DNA from: Haliotis rufescens
Lineage: Eukaryota
DNA length: 64,000 nt
NCBI RefSeq assembly: GCF_023055435.1
Contig: NW_025964372.1
Location: 38,626,001 to 38,690,000 of the forward strand
Direction of reading: 5' to 3'
Below the pieces are notes generated by a model, which did no database searches, was not told the DNA's origin, and saw only the letters and a program-made list of their open reading frames with translations. Shown here piece after piece: positions 39,901-54,900 of the stretch. A program made the position numbers and the translations under genes. Numbering within the stretch: position 1 is the first letter of the stretch; each line of letters opens with the position of its first letter.

Positions 39901-42900
39901 TGTTTCCAAGCACAGTACCTGGACTACAAAAGCAAATTAATCAGCTGGAATGTTATTGCAAAGCAAAGAATGGAATTTATCTGTCAACAAGAATAAAACA
40001 AAAGTTATTGTTTTTAAAAATGGTGGTACACTAGCCAGAAGGGAGAAATAGTTTTATCAAGGACATTCATTAGATGTTGTATCGTCCTATAAGTTCTTAG
40101 GTGTATATTTTACAAATAGATTGTCATGGAAGATGCATGCTAACCAGGCTGCTGTACAAGCTAAGAAGATCCTAATTGGAATTCTTCAACATATGAAAGT
40201 TCTTGGAAATATAACCTATAATACATTCTTTAAGATTTTCGATACAAAAATAAGCCCAATTTTGTTATATGGAGCAGAAGTTTGGGGATTAGAAATGATT
40301 GATGTTATAGAAAAAGTACATTTATATGCATGCAAAAGAGTCCTTGAAGTGAAACCTAGTACGTCTGATCTAATGGTCTATGGAGAATGTGGAAGATACC
40401 CATTAACTATGTTTGCAAAGTTAAAGAAGATAAAATACTTGATTAAATTAGTTAAAATGCCTGCAAAAAGATATCTAAAGAATTGTTATAACGTGTTATT
40501 ACTCTATGATCAACAAGGACAGGCTAACTGGGCATCTTCTGTTAAGCATCAACTTTATTCATATGGTTACGGTAATATATGGACAGAACAGGATACGTAT
40601 ATACCAAATCATTTCAAAGATGCTTTCACTCAGACACTGAAAGATATGTACATTCAAAATTGGCATTTTTCCTGATCAGTATCAAAGAAACTATCAAGTT
40701 ATTCCCTCTTTAAAAACAGCTTCCGTGGAGAGCAACAATACGTATTAGATTAAAAACATTTCGAATTGCACTTGCAAGATTCAGATGCGGTTCACACGAA
40801 CTCTTTATAGAGACGGAAAGATATATGGGGATCGTGAGAGAACACAGAATTTGTCAGTTTTGTGATTTAAACACTAGAAAATGAATACCATTTCTTACTT
40901 CTTTGTCCCTTGTATGCTGAACTCAGAAAACAGTTTATTGATAAATATTATATCCGTTATCCAAGTCTACAGAAATGTGTTACATTAATGTCAAGTAAGA
41001 ATTTAGCAATAACGAAAAAGCTGTCAATGTACATATTGCATGCTATGAAGCTAAGAAGTTCCAAATGTGTTACCTTTTAAATGTATATGCACCCATTACT
41101 ATGTAACATGTACTATAGGCCTGTGGTCTCTCAGTATCATGAATAAACACATATACGTGAGGGATGCTGTTTTTACGAAACTGGTGATAATAATTCGTGT
41201 ATTTCCCTCGTTCTCGCTCGGGAAATACAATATTGTTTCTTTGTTTGTTGTTTAACGACACACAATATTCTAGCCAAATGACAAGAATTCTGACAGTCAT
41301 AACGTTTAATCTGTATGACACACATGCTCGTGTAATTATATATATTGTTAATGAGCGAGGTGATTAAAAATATGTGTATAATAATAGTTTCACCTGCTTC
41401 TCATCATTTTTGACATTATCCAAATACCATCGTGACGTGATTTATGACCACAATAGTAATGACGTCATAGCAAATAATTTTTGACGTCATATTGACTCTG
41501 TTAGCACTGCAAGACGTTTTCAGTATAGAAAACTATCCATGTGCTACATCTGATTGATAAAGTGTGGATAATAACAGGGAGTATTATATATATGTGTGTT
41601 TCTACTGATTTAGAAAACAGGCGATGCTCAGGAAATAGAACTGCAGATACTCGTTTTGTGAAAATGGTTCCACTCATATACCATTCTGTTTCGACTTGTT
41701 ATTCTCTGGTTTTGACCTTTTATACATGACACCTTTTCATAGCCGATTAAACAAAACACATTGATATCTCATTGACCTGGAGGATTTTTAATCTTTCCGT
41801 TTTACATGTTTCTGTACAAACGAGTATAAAGTATTTCAAATCATTTGCAATATGTTTTTGTTATTTGTTAATAGTTGCGATATTAGAGTATTTTGGTTTG
41901 ATTGATTTATTGACTTCCGGATTTCTGTATTAGGTTGGATTTTGTTTCCCTAAAATTCTGAGGAATAAGTACAAGTACTTTTTGAGCCAAATTGAACTTG
42001 AATATATTATTCGGTTGGTCAGACTTGTTGACTGTGTTGATAACATGTCATCGTATCCCGATTTCGTGGATCGATATTTATGATTTTAATCACTGGATTG
42101 TCTGGCCCGGGATCATGTAGCTGGAATATTGCTGAGTGCGGCCTTAAACAAAATAATCCTGAATTAATTGAATTAATGAATTAAGGATTATCAATCATCG
42201 GAATTAACATGGGATTATTTATCGTATCGCTGGAAATGCGTTGTCGTTGAAGTTGTAAGCAGTAGTGTATTTGTCAATGAAATTCATCTATTTCAGTTTT
42301 GCAAAATGGAAACAGATCACAGCACCAAAGTACATGGACATTGTGAAGATATTCATCAACTGGCAGTGAGTTCACAATGACATACGGAGCTTCTCTTTCC
42401 GACGTTAGGCGATGCTACTTTGCAATGCATAATTCCAACTTCTTCATTCACAGAAAATAAGTAAAACAATAAAATCATTAAGATGTTATTATAAAACTTA
42501 CTAATGTTGTTTTCCATGGCCAATAGCGGAATATGAAATACCTGAAGAAATGTCTGTAGCATGTCATGTGCCTCTTCCATTCCGTACCATGTCATGTCAC
42601 GACTTTATCATGTTATGTTCTCTTCTCCTCCATTCGTACCCTCTCCTCTGTACCACCTCATGTCCTCTTCTCCTTCGTTATGTATATTGTCATGACTGTA
42701 CGCCATTCCGTGACATGTCTTGTCATCTTCGCCGCCTCTGTGTACCATGTCCTCTCTCACGTCATGTCCTCTTCCATTCTCTACCATGTCATGACTTCTC
42801 ATCTATTGTTTACAACTTCAAGACCTCTTCTCCATTGTATAAAATGTCATGTCCCCTCCTCGTCTCCTCCAGTCTCTATGACGTAATATCCGCGTCTCCT

Positions 42901-45900
42901 CAAGTCTCTACCATGTCATATCCTCGTCTCCTCAAGACTCTATCACGTAATTTCCTCGTCTCCTCCAGTCTCTATCACGTAATATCCGCGTCTCCTCAAG
43001 TCTCTACCATGTCATATCCTCGTCTCCTCCAGTCTCTATCACGTCATATCCTCGTCACCTCCAGTCTCTATCGCGTCATATCCTAGTCTCCTCCAGTCTC
43101 TTCCATGTCATGTCTTCGTTTCCTCCAGTCTCTATCACGTCATATCCCCGTCTCCTCCAGTCTCTATCACGTCATATCCTCGTCTCCTCCAGTCGCTACC
43201 ACGTCATTCCTCTTTTCCTCCAGTCTCTACCACGTCATATACCCGTCTCCTCCAGTCTCTATCACGTCATATCCTCGTCTCCTCCAGTCTTCACCACGTC
43301 ATATCCTCGTCTCCTCAAGACTCTACCACGTCATATCCTCGTCTCCTCCAGTCTTTACCACGTCATATCCTCGTCTCCATCCAGTCTTTACCACGTCATA
43401 TCCTCGTCTCATCCAGTCTCTACCACGTCATATCCTCGTCTTCTCGAGTCTCTACCACGTCATATCCTCGTCTCCTCCAGTCTCTACCACGTCATATCCT
43501 CGTCTCCTCCAGTCTCTACCACGTCATGTCCTCGTCTCCTCCAGTCGCTACCACGTCATAACCTCGTCTCCTCCAGTCGCTACCACGTCCTTCCTCTTCT
43601 TCTCCAGTCTCTACCACGTCATATCCTCGTCTCCTCCAGTTTCTAACACGTCACACCATGGTTAATTACATTAACATTGCAGCACTGCCATGCGACACCT
43701 TCGTGTATTCCGTTTCATGAGAACAAGTGCACTTTCTGCTGTGATACAGATGAAGAGGTGCACAAGACACTCCAGCAACCAAGTTAGTGCTTGGCATCAT
43801 AATTAGACGTTAAAACTAACGTTTATCTCTGGAATTGTGTGTTCCAGCTTTGACATTCGACACATACAGAATCCTTCACACATGGACTTTCTTTGGTATC
43901 TGACATAACGACAATGACTGTGGTAGTTTATTTATTACCGACGTTAAATTTACATTTAAGTGTAAAGCAACAATAACTGTCGTTCGTTACAGACCCCTGA
44001 CCGAAAAGGGCATGTATATTGATATATGCCCAAATATAGGCAATGATCCTGCTATTATGTGGGTAAACATGACAGCAGCAACGCTCAAGATCTTTATTTA
44101 AGTATTTTTGTCAACTGATAGTAGTTCAGTTCAGGCGCATAGCTAATACGCAGAACAACTGTAAAACATAAAAATAAGTGAAACAGTGCCTCATTCGGAC
44201 CTACCGTGTGTCACTCGCACCGCCGGTGTAATCAACATAGCTCCCTTTACCGTTGTCAAGCAAGATGAGGATAAGGATAACTATGGAAACGTCGCTATTG
44301 CGGGATAATAAAGAAGTTGTTATCCATAAACCTTTCACAACTTTGTCATCCGTTAAGTTCTAAGAAACGCCTATCAACCAAGACGTTTACGCCCATTGTA
44401 TATGTGTGGAATGACACGAAACGCAAAAACTCCCAAACCAGCCGTTTACGTTTGAGGTTACACACAACCAAATGTTTTTCCATAGACTTCTATAGTAACG
44501 TTATATTTTTTTTTAAATAACTAAGCATTCAACAGCTATTACCTGTACGTGTGTGCATAGTTTGGCCTTAAAGCAGCAATAAAAACAAAAAAATGACTAG
44601 CTTAGCCAGCTCCTTTTCCGAGTACAGGAAGCTAAACACACCACCCCCAGTTTCGCACCAAATGTCACCTACATGAAAATAGCTGTGGTAACATTCAGCA
44701 TAAGTCATCATGTTGAAAAAGACAGTACTAAATAAAGAAAAACATGATCAGTTTTAATAACTGGATGGATGTACATTTAAAAGACATAACAATCTTACAC
44801 AATATCCACCAATCACAGCCTGCAGATATCTCTCGATCTGCACTGAAGACTCCCTACGAAAACCGCACTGACCCAACTGGTTCTGATTTGGTGTAGTAGA
44901 ACCTTGACCGACAGCAGGCCTTCCTCAACCATCTTGTGTTATCCACGAGGCGCAGTTGTTAAGCTTGTGTCGCTGCTAATGGTGGTCATACCTGGTGCTG
45001 ACTTGTGAACTGACCATTGACCCCGCCCCACTTCAAGCCTGAGGTGACGTTGACTTTAACAAAGGACAGGTGTTGACACTCGTAATGACACCAGTTATTG
45101 TTCTCTTGCAAAATGGTAATTTGTTTACGTTTAGTTATTATTTCCCATGACAGTCGGTGATGCACAGAAACTTTTTTCCCGCTTGTATAGATGTCAAAGT
45201 GGTATTAAACATTTTTCTTTTCATTTCAGCGGAATCTCTGGCGTGTTACAATTGCCACCATTATGATGTTAACAGCATTGGCCATTCTTGTGAAGTTTTG
45301 CACTGTGGTGTTGGAGAAGTATGATATATCGATTCCTTTAGTTGTATTGCTAATGATTGTGAGTGTGGTTTTACGCCGCATTTACTGATATTCAAGAAAT
45401 ATCACGATGGAAAGCTCCAGAGAGAAGCTTCACAAATTGTACATATGTGGGCAATCGAACCCGGTCCTTCGGCGTGACGAGCGAAATGTTAAAGCATTTG
45501 GCCTCCTCACAATCCACATGGCCATTGGGGGACGGAAGTAATAGGACTCCAGTGGTATCTTCATAATTTACGATTTCGAATAAAACGAATAAAACCTATG
45601 AATGATGAAATCTCACTGCGAATCCCTCAAGCATCATGGGAAAAAACGATAAATTATCGAATGACCTGCCTGAAAACAGCCAAACATGAACTGGCAACAT
45701 CCGAGCTTGTACACATCTTCAGTTAGACTGGCAACATCTGTATCATGATATAATCAATTGGCTAATTCACCCTGTTCTGTAAATATAATTACTTCTAGTT
45801 TTGCAAGATGGAAACAGACCACAACAGCAAAGTGACAGGAACGTGTGCAAAGATCAATGAAATGAGTGTGAGTATAAGAATTTAATTTACTCTTCTAGGC

Positions 45901-48900
45901 GTAAGATTACTTTGTTTGTGTAACACAACAGATGATGCTGGCTACAAGATCGTGTTCGGGAATGTAAGAACTTTTAACTCAAAGTGAGGTAACAGAGCCA
46001 CTGACATAACAACTTATACCTGGGCTGGGCTGGGCTGGGCTGGGCTGGGATTGGATTNNNNNNNNNNNNNNNNNNNNNNNNNNNNNNNNNNNNNNNNNNN
46101 NNNNNNNNNNNNNNNNNNNNNNNNNNNNNNNNNNNNNNNNNNNNNNNNNNNNNNNNNNNNNNNNNNNNNNNNNNNNNNNNNNNNNNNNNNNNNNNNNNNN
46201 NNNNNNNNNNNNNNNNNNGATTGGATTGGGGATTGGATTGGATTGGAATTGGATAGTTCTGTTCATTGAGCATCACTGACCTTCAGATGTATCTCCATCA
46301 GGCAACAACACCACATCGTTTGAAATTGGAAACATGTTTAGCACCTCCCCATCTTTGTCCATGCATCAAATATTTTCATGTTACATTGATCTCATTTTTA
46401 TATGTGTATTTTACACCATCGATACCTTTCTTGTTGCTGCTTGTTCTAATCCGGGTTTTAGTGTTAGCCCACTGAGATACCAGTTTCACACTTAGAACCA
46501 ACTCAGACGCAGTACTTACTCCGAGTTGGCCAGTATTTGTTTTAGCCCCTTAATGCCGAGCGCCGGGCAGGGTAACAGCAAGCACCATTTTAAAAAGTAT
46601 TTTGGAATGACTCAACCAAGGAATCGAACTTACCTAAAAGAGTGTCTATACTATGTCAAGTTTATTTGCACTCACTGGCCATAATAGCATGAATTTACAT
46701 TGCAGCACTGTCAAGAACACGTGACCTCTTCATGCATTCCGTTTTACCATGATAAATGCACATTCTGCTGTTCGACTGGAGAATGTATAAGCAATTCTCT
46801 CCAGGTGCCAGGTAAGATCTTAAACATCATTATGTTTACATCATGTAGAAACACAAAAGCGTTGGTAATGAATAAAGGGTAAATCCAGATAATTTGCATC
46901 TCTCAGTTATTCTGAAGTAAATCCATCAGCTAAGCGATAGACGTCGGAAGGACATGGTTGCTGAATGTGATAATGTCATAATATCCATAGTAGTTTTGTT
47001 CCTTTTTTTCGTTTTTATATACATATCTCAGGACGTAATGCATTTGAATGGTGATGGATACAATGACACTGAACGCTGTTGCAATTATATACATTTAAAT
47101 ATTTAAATGTATATCTATATATAAATGATTTGATTTGTTGGTTTGTTGTTTAACGCCGCACTCAACAATATTCCAGCTATATGACGGCGGTCTGTACATA
47201 ATCGAGTCTGGACCAGACAATCAAGTGATTGACATCATAAACATCGATCCACGCAACTGGAATCGATGACATGCATCAACACAGTCAGCGAGCCTGACCA
47301 CCCGATCCCGTTAGTCGTCTCTTACGACAAGCATATTCGCCTTTAAGGGCAATCATTGGTTGCTAAAGACCTATTCTACCCCGGATCTTCACGGGTCATA
47401 TATTAATGAATTAATAAATTAAATAGACTAACTTAAGAGATGAATGGGTGCATCACTTAAACACCTGAAAGTTGCACAAACAAACAAAGGTGAGGTGAGG
47501 TGAATTGGGTTTATCGTCGAGTCCAAGATTATTGCACTTATATAGCGACGTGAACAAACAAAGGAATAATAAGCTTTCGGCTTTGCATATATACGTTTTG
47601 CTTGGAGGTCATGAGTTACCATCAGTTTATCATAGTGCAAATGCATTGAACCTTTAAGAGTCCTCATTATGTTGAAAATGTTATTGTTTATTCCTGTGTC
47701 ATAACTATTTATGCTAAATGTATTATTTGTCATTTGCCTCCATAGAATAGGGGTTTTATACAACATTGTGTTACAATCTAAGAAGGTATCTTTATGATAA
47801 AACAGTTTTATTTAATTCCTCGAAAGGAGTGAATCAAGTTGAACAACACATATATTGTTCACTGTGCATGCCTCATTTATACCCGTTGCCCATAAACAGA
47901 TCAACTTCGCGAAATGGACGATTAAGTCATATCGGTTCAAACATAACATTATTTATATGTCTAGGATTACCATTATGTTTTCCATCAAATCCATCGCATA
48001 TCTTCTTCATTGATTTATGCTAGCTCCTAGTCTGAAGAGTTATTTTACATATCGGGTTTGTTTTTTCAAAAGATAGGTTTTAAATGGCTGGGTCTCATAT
48101 TTGATGGTTTTGAGGCTTCACATCTTCCATCGAGAATCCCGGACGGGACGCAACCTAAAATGTACGAGAATCTGTACTTTACTTAGAAAGTATTATCCCA
48201 AATATAATATTAGTTACATTTGACCACTTTCTAAATGGCATTGTGTATTCATAGCTTTCGGCGTGGGAGCCGTACCAATGTACACGTGTCAGAGGGGTAC
48301 ACAAAGTACGTGATCTAGACTACCAGTTGTCAGACTTTCAATGTTTTGGGAAACCTCGTTGGCTGAGCGGGTTAGATCGCTGATTTTGTGTGCTGGCGAT
48401 TAGGTGCCTCCCTCTGGCATTGTGGGTTCGAATCCCGGACGGGACTCAACACCTAAAGTAAGATAATCTGTACTTTACTGAGAAAGTGTTATCCCAAATA
48501 TAACATTTATTGCTTTGCCATTCCCCTCAAATTAAAAAAAAAATCTATTTATTGATAAATTCCTGTTGTGGGTTGGGAAGAGAGGAGAATAAATGTGCTG
48601 GAGTAGATAATGACAGGTTTTTTTAACTGTACTCATACATATTAATGTTAATCTTTTCTTTCTTTAGCTCGCAAGTAGCATATTAATATTGTAATTTGTA
48701 TAGTCTTTTCCTGGTATTTATTACCCAAAGGTCTTTCAGACGTGTGTTAAGTTTGATTCCTTATGCTTCAAACTCTTTAGAGTACCAGTCAAAGTGGAAT
48801 ACCTGACACAGTATTATATTATTTCCTGATATGCAACCAATTCAAATATCTTTTGTTGTATCAAAGTTCATGTTTCGTGATGAAAGTGTAGTGAAAGTAG

Positions 48901-51900
48901 CCTGAGAGGCAATACAGGTTCTAAGAATTTCTTCTCTACGACTTGCATGTCATCTGATTATTGTCCAAATTTATATTCTTCATTTGATTTTTTATCCAAT
49001 TAATGTCTGTGGTGCATCCTTTCATAATCCCAAGTATTTCAGCCACAAGGATGAAAAGTCAGGGCGATATTGGACCACCTTGTATTAAGCCACTTTCGTT
49101 ATAAAAGAAGATGACGATGACCATTTTGTATTACACAGAATTCATCTTATCATATGATTGTCTAAACCATATGTTACAAGTACACCCATTAGGTAATGTT
49201 TGGACACTACGTCAAACGCTTTTTTTAAAAGAATGGATAGGCAATAGCATGGTTTCTTGTGGTCTTTTCTTAAAACATGACATCGTACAGGCGTCTTATG
49301 TTATCACTGATGCATCTCCCTGGAATGTAACCAGTCTGGAGTGCGGCGTTAAACAACAAACAAAACAAAAAGCTTAGTACTTTATAAAGTTAGCGGAGTA
49401 GCGGAGTTGGCCGCCAATTCTTCAAAGTGTGCTTGTCTATGTTTGGTGTAGGGATACATGTGTTTACACACCTACTCATTGCTGCGGTTAATCATTTTAT
49501 TATTTACAGCTTCTGTGATAAATCTGTAGACCCAAATTTCGAAATCTTTCTAAACGAATTTAAAGAACTCAATATGGAAGGATCAACACCCGGGCTTTCA
49601 TTATCTTCCATGGTTTTTGTTGCTTCTAAGTATTTCTTCAAATTCCATTGTTTTGTCTAATTTATCAACGTGATTGTTTAAAAAAAAAGTTTTTCTGTAT
49701 GTATAAACTTTATGTATTAATCGTTTACATGTTTTCCATTGTCCATAAGGGTGTAAAGAGTAAGAACTTACTGATATTGGCAAATGTGCATGTCAGCAAT
49801 TCCAAATGCTGATTTGCCATTTAAAGCGATATGACGTCATAGTGCTTTGAGAAAAGCAAGATATGACGTCATTCATTGTTTATTTACGTCACATACGGAT
49901 AATATTACGTCAACTGAAAAGTAGACTAACTTCGGTGAAGTGTCCCTGTGGGTTGACATTTCATCCGATTTCTTCATTTTTGTCTTGAAACTCAGAATGT
50001 GAATGAAAGCTATAGTCACTAGCTAAATGATTGGGGTTTACACCATCCAGACAGACGAAACCTAATTACTATGTTTTTACATAGATGTTTCTCTAAAATG
50101 GCATGGTTCAATCAGTTCTTGCTTCAAACTGTTAACATGCATATTCATATGATTGCCAATGAGAGTGAGCTATGAAGTCACCTAAGTAGTATTTCATCCA
50201 CATTGTGACCTTATATAGATAATGAGGTATGCACACTCCCACTGAGAATAACGTTTTTCATTATTTTGACAACTATAGTTTACCAGAATTATAACATGAT
50301 GTCAGTAATTTACTGTCAGTTTGTAAACACGCTGCATTCCTTTCCTGTAGCCATCCATCACGCTAAACCAACACCACTAACATCTACCACAACGTTGCCT
50401 ACAGTGATCAAAGCAACTTCTGTGACCAACGTTCGGCCATGTAAGCTTCACCAGTACTACTTGAGGAACAACTTCTTCAATCTCTGTATATTTAAATAAT
50501 GTCTACCGCGAACGCGACAGTACGATTATTGAATTATGAATTTATATTATGAAATATTTATACTCTACTGGCTCGAAGTCTTGCTAATCTACATCAAAGC
50601 TCCATGACTGGTAATACTATACACATTCGATGTCTTGCTGATCTAAATTGTGTTTGCCTTGTCCTACTATCACTTTGGACCAACAAACATTGATTTCGAT
50701 TAAAACAAAGTACACAGTTTATATTTTCACCATAAAGCAAGTTGATTGAATTTACGTGTCTATTTATTTTGAGATTGAAATATTATTATGGGATCTGAAA
50801 AGAAATAGATTTCAATAAACGAGATGATTTTATTCACAGATGTCGAAATGTTACTCAATACATGTTTTATTTTGCATTTCAGCGGAATATTTGGAGTGTT
50901 ACAATTGCCACTACTTTGACGTCAACAATATATACCATTCTTGTGAAATTTTGCACTGTGGTTTTGGAGAGGTATTATTCATAGCTGATATAAGTATATT
51001 GCAAATGAGTGAGTGAGTGTGGTCGAATTTAGCTCTATTTCTGTAATATCACGGCAGGAAATATACAAGAAGTAGGCTTCACAAATTGTACACATGTGGG
51101 AAATCGAACCGGGACCATCGGCGTGACGAGCGAAAAGTTAAAGCATTAGGCTACCACACCGCCCACATGACTAATGAGGGAAGGTAGTAATAGGACTCCA
51201 GTGGTTTCTTGATAATGTCATGATTTCGAAATGTGAACAAAACCCATTTATGATGTAATCTCACTGCGAATCTATCAAGCATCATGGAAAAAACGATATA
51301 TCATATCAAATGACCTGCCTCAAAAAGTCAAACTTGTATCACCTACCGTTCAATTATTGAGTCATTACGAGGTCACATGAGGGTCTGCTGTTGAAAATGG
51401 ATCGTTTAACGAGACACAGGGAAATGACGTAATTGCGGTTGTAGCATTGTTACTCGCAAACGCTGTGTGCATATTTTCTGAAACTTTAAGCAAACCTTTC
51501 TACCTCGTTGCGAACAGATCTCCAGTTACACTGACAAAATCTGAGCTTGTACACACATCATCAGTTACACTAGTTACAACTCTGTCATTGTATAATCATT
51601 CGGCTAATTCACCCTGTTCTGAAATTTCTGTAAATATAATTACTTCTAGTTTTGCAAGATGGAAACAGACCACAACAACAAAGTGACAGGAACGTGTTCA
51701 AAGGTCAATGAAATGAGAGTGAGTATAATTTTTTAAGTTACTCTTCTAGGCGTAAGTTAACTTTGTTTTAGTAACACAATAGATTATGCTTGTTACAGGC
51801 TCGTGTTGGCGAATATAGTAACTTAAAACTCGAAATGAGGTTACAGAGCTGCTGATATAACAACGTACAACAGATCTCATTTTGATATGTGTCTCTTACA

Positions 51901-54900
51901 CCACCGATACTATCGAGTTGTTGCTTGTACCAATCCCATGTCGCATTTTCACATTGAGAACCAACTCAGACACAGTATACTGACTCTGAGTTATCCAATA
52001 TTTGTTTAAGGCCCGTAATTCCAAACCTGCAGAGGAACAGCAAGTACCATCTTTTAAAGTAGTGTAGTATGACTCAACCAGGAAATCGAACTTACCTGGA
52101 AGAGTGTTTGTACCATGTCAAGTTCATTTGTATTCACTGGCTTCAATAGAATGCATTACCATTGCAGCACAGGCCATAATAGCATTTACATTGCAGCACT
52201 GTCAAGAACACGTGACCTCTTCATGTATTCCGTTTGTCCATGACAAATGTACATTCTGTTGTGCGACTGGAGAATGTGTAAGCCAGTCTCTCCAGCTGCC
52301 AGGTAAGATCTTAACATAATTAACTTTACATCCTTTGGAAACAAATGAGCGTTAGTAATGAATACAGGTGAAGTCCAGATAATGTAAACCAAACTTTCAT
52401 ACAAATATTGTTCGAGCTGGATCCAGATATTTATTTGACATAATATCAGTAATGTACTGTCAGTTTCAAAACATGTTGCATTCCTCTACTGTAGCCACCC
52501 ATCACGCTATACCTACACCACCAACAACAACATCTACCACAACGTTGCCTACGGTGGTCCAAGCAGCTTCGAAGACCACTGTTCGGCCATGTAAGCTTCA
52601 CCAGTACTACTTGAGGAACAACTTCTTCAATCACTGTCCTCTTAAATAATGTCTACCATGAACGTGACAGTACGCTGGATTATTGAATTATGAATTTTTA
52701 TATTGCAATAGTAATACTCTACTGGCTCGAAGTCTTGTTTATCTACATCAAAGGTCAATGAGTAGGGGCTGTATATTAAACCAACACTATTATACAGGTT
52801 CGATGTCTTGCTGATCTAAATTGTCTTTGCCTTGTCCTACTATCACTTTGGACCAACAAACTTCGATTTCGATTAAAGTCCACAGTTTATTTTTTCACTA
52901 TAATGCGAGTTGAATGAATTTGCTTATCTGTTTATTTTGAGATTGAGATATTATGATGGGATCTGAAAAGAAATAGATGATATTATTCACAGATGTCAAA
53001 ATGTTTCTCAATACATGTTTCTTTTCATTTCAGTGGAATATTTGAACTGTTACAATTGCCACCACTTTGACGTCAACAACATTTACTATTCTTGTGAAAT
53101 TTTGCACTGTGGTTTTGGAGAGGTATGATTTATAGCTGATATAAGTATATTGCAAATGGTCGAATTTAGCTCTATTTCTGTAATGTCACGGCAGGGAATA
53201 CAAGAAGTAGGCTTCACAAATTGTACACATGTGGGAAATCGAAACCGGACGTGACGAGCGAAAGGTTAAAGCAATAGGCTACCCCATCGTCCACATGACC
53301 AACGAGAGAAGGAAGTAATAGGACTCCAGTGGTTTTTTTTGATAATTTCATGATTTCGAAATGTGAACAAAACCCGTTAATGATGTACTCTCACTGCGAA
53401 TCTCTCAAGCATCATGGGAAAAAAGATATATCATATCGAATGACCTGCCTAAAAAGCCAAACTTGTATCACCTACCGTTCAATTATTGAGTCATTACGAG
53501 GTCACATGAGGGTCTGCTGTTGAAAATGGATCGTTTAACGAGATACAGGGAAAAGACATAATTGAGGTTGTAGCATTGCTACTCGCAAACGTTGTGAGCA
53601 TATTTTCTGAAACATTAAGCAAACCTTTGTACCTCGTTGCGAACAGATCTCTAATTACACTGACAACATCTGAGCTTGTACATATATCATCAGTTACACT
53701 AGTTACACCTCTATCATGATATAATCATTCGGCTAATTCACCCTGTTCTGAAATGTCTGTAAATATAATTCCTTCTAGTTTTGCAAGATGGAAACAGACC
53801 ACAACAACAAAGTGACAGGAACGTGTGCAAAGGTCAATGAAATGAGAGTGAGTATAATATTTTAAGTTACTCTTCTAGGCGTAAGTTAACTTTGTTTGTG
53901 TAACACAATATATTATGCTTGTTACAGGCTCGTGTTTGGGAATATAGTAACTTAAAACTCGAAGTGAGGTTACAGAGCTGCTGATATAACAACGTATAAC
54001 GGATCTCATTTTGATATGTGTCTATTTCGAGTTTTTGCTTGTACCAATCCCATGTGGCATTTTCACATTGAGAACCAACTCAGACACAGTATACGTACTC
54101 TGAGTTGTTCAGTATTTGTTTTAGCCCCGTAATTCCAAACCTGCAGAGGTACAACAAGTACCATCTTTTAAAGTAGTGTAGTATGACTCAACCAGGAAAT
54201 CGAACTTACCTAAAAGAGTGTCTGTACCATGTCAAGTTCATTTGTAGTCATTCGCTTCAATAGCATGCTCTTACATTGCAGCACTGTCAGGAACACGTGA
54301 CCTCTTCATGTATTCCGTTTGTCCATGACAAATGTACATTCTGTTGTGCGACTGGAGAATGTGTAAGCCAGTCTCTCCAGCTGCCAGGTAAGATCTTAAC
54401 ATAATTAACTTTACATCCTTTGGAAACAAATGAGCGTTAGTAATGAATACAGGTGAAGTCCAGATAATTTAAACCAAATTTTCATACAAATGCTGTTCGA
54501 GCTGGATCCAGATATTTTTGACATGGTCACATTCAAGAAATACAATTGATACATGCATTATGTATACATGCAGACATTTCTTATGAATATGGAAAGGATT
54601 TTGTGTTAAATTAAATTCTAATTCCTTAATATCTTTTTCAAACAATTCCTCCTTAGTAAAAGGGATGTCTGGAAATACGTTTTGCTCGGAGGTCATTAGT
54701 TACCATCAATTATCATGGTTATATGACCAAGACCTATTAGAGGACTTATTATGTTGAAAACATTATTGTTTATTCCTGTGTCATAAATATTTATGCTAAA
54801 TGTTTTATTTATCAGTTGCCACCATAGATGTGGTATATTATACATTTTGTTGCAATCGAAGACGATGCCTTTATGATTAAAGATTTTCTTTAAATCCTCG

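Noticed and set aside
42550-43665. Ser/Pro-rich ORFs as a mucin exon
   Set aside because: The 32-bp unit is not a multiple of 3 and B1 splices cleanly to C1 without it.
49830-49910. Cluster of CRE palindromes (TGACGTCA), repeated at ~56398
   Set aside because: Such motifs recur in repeat-derived sequence across the window and the second copy is only the module duplication.
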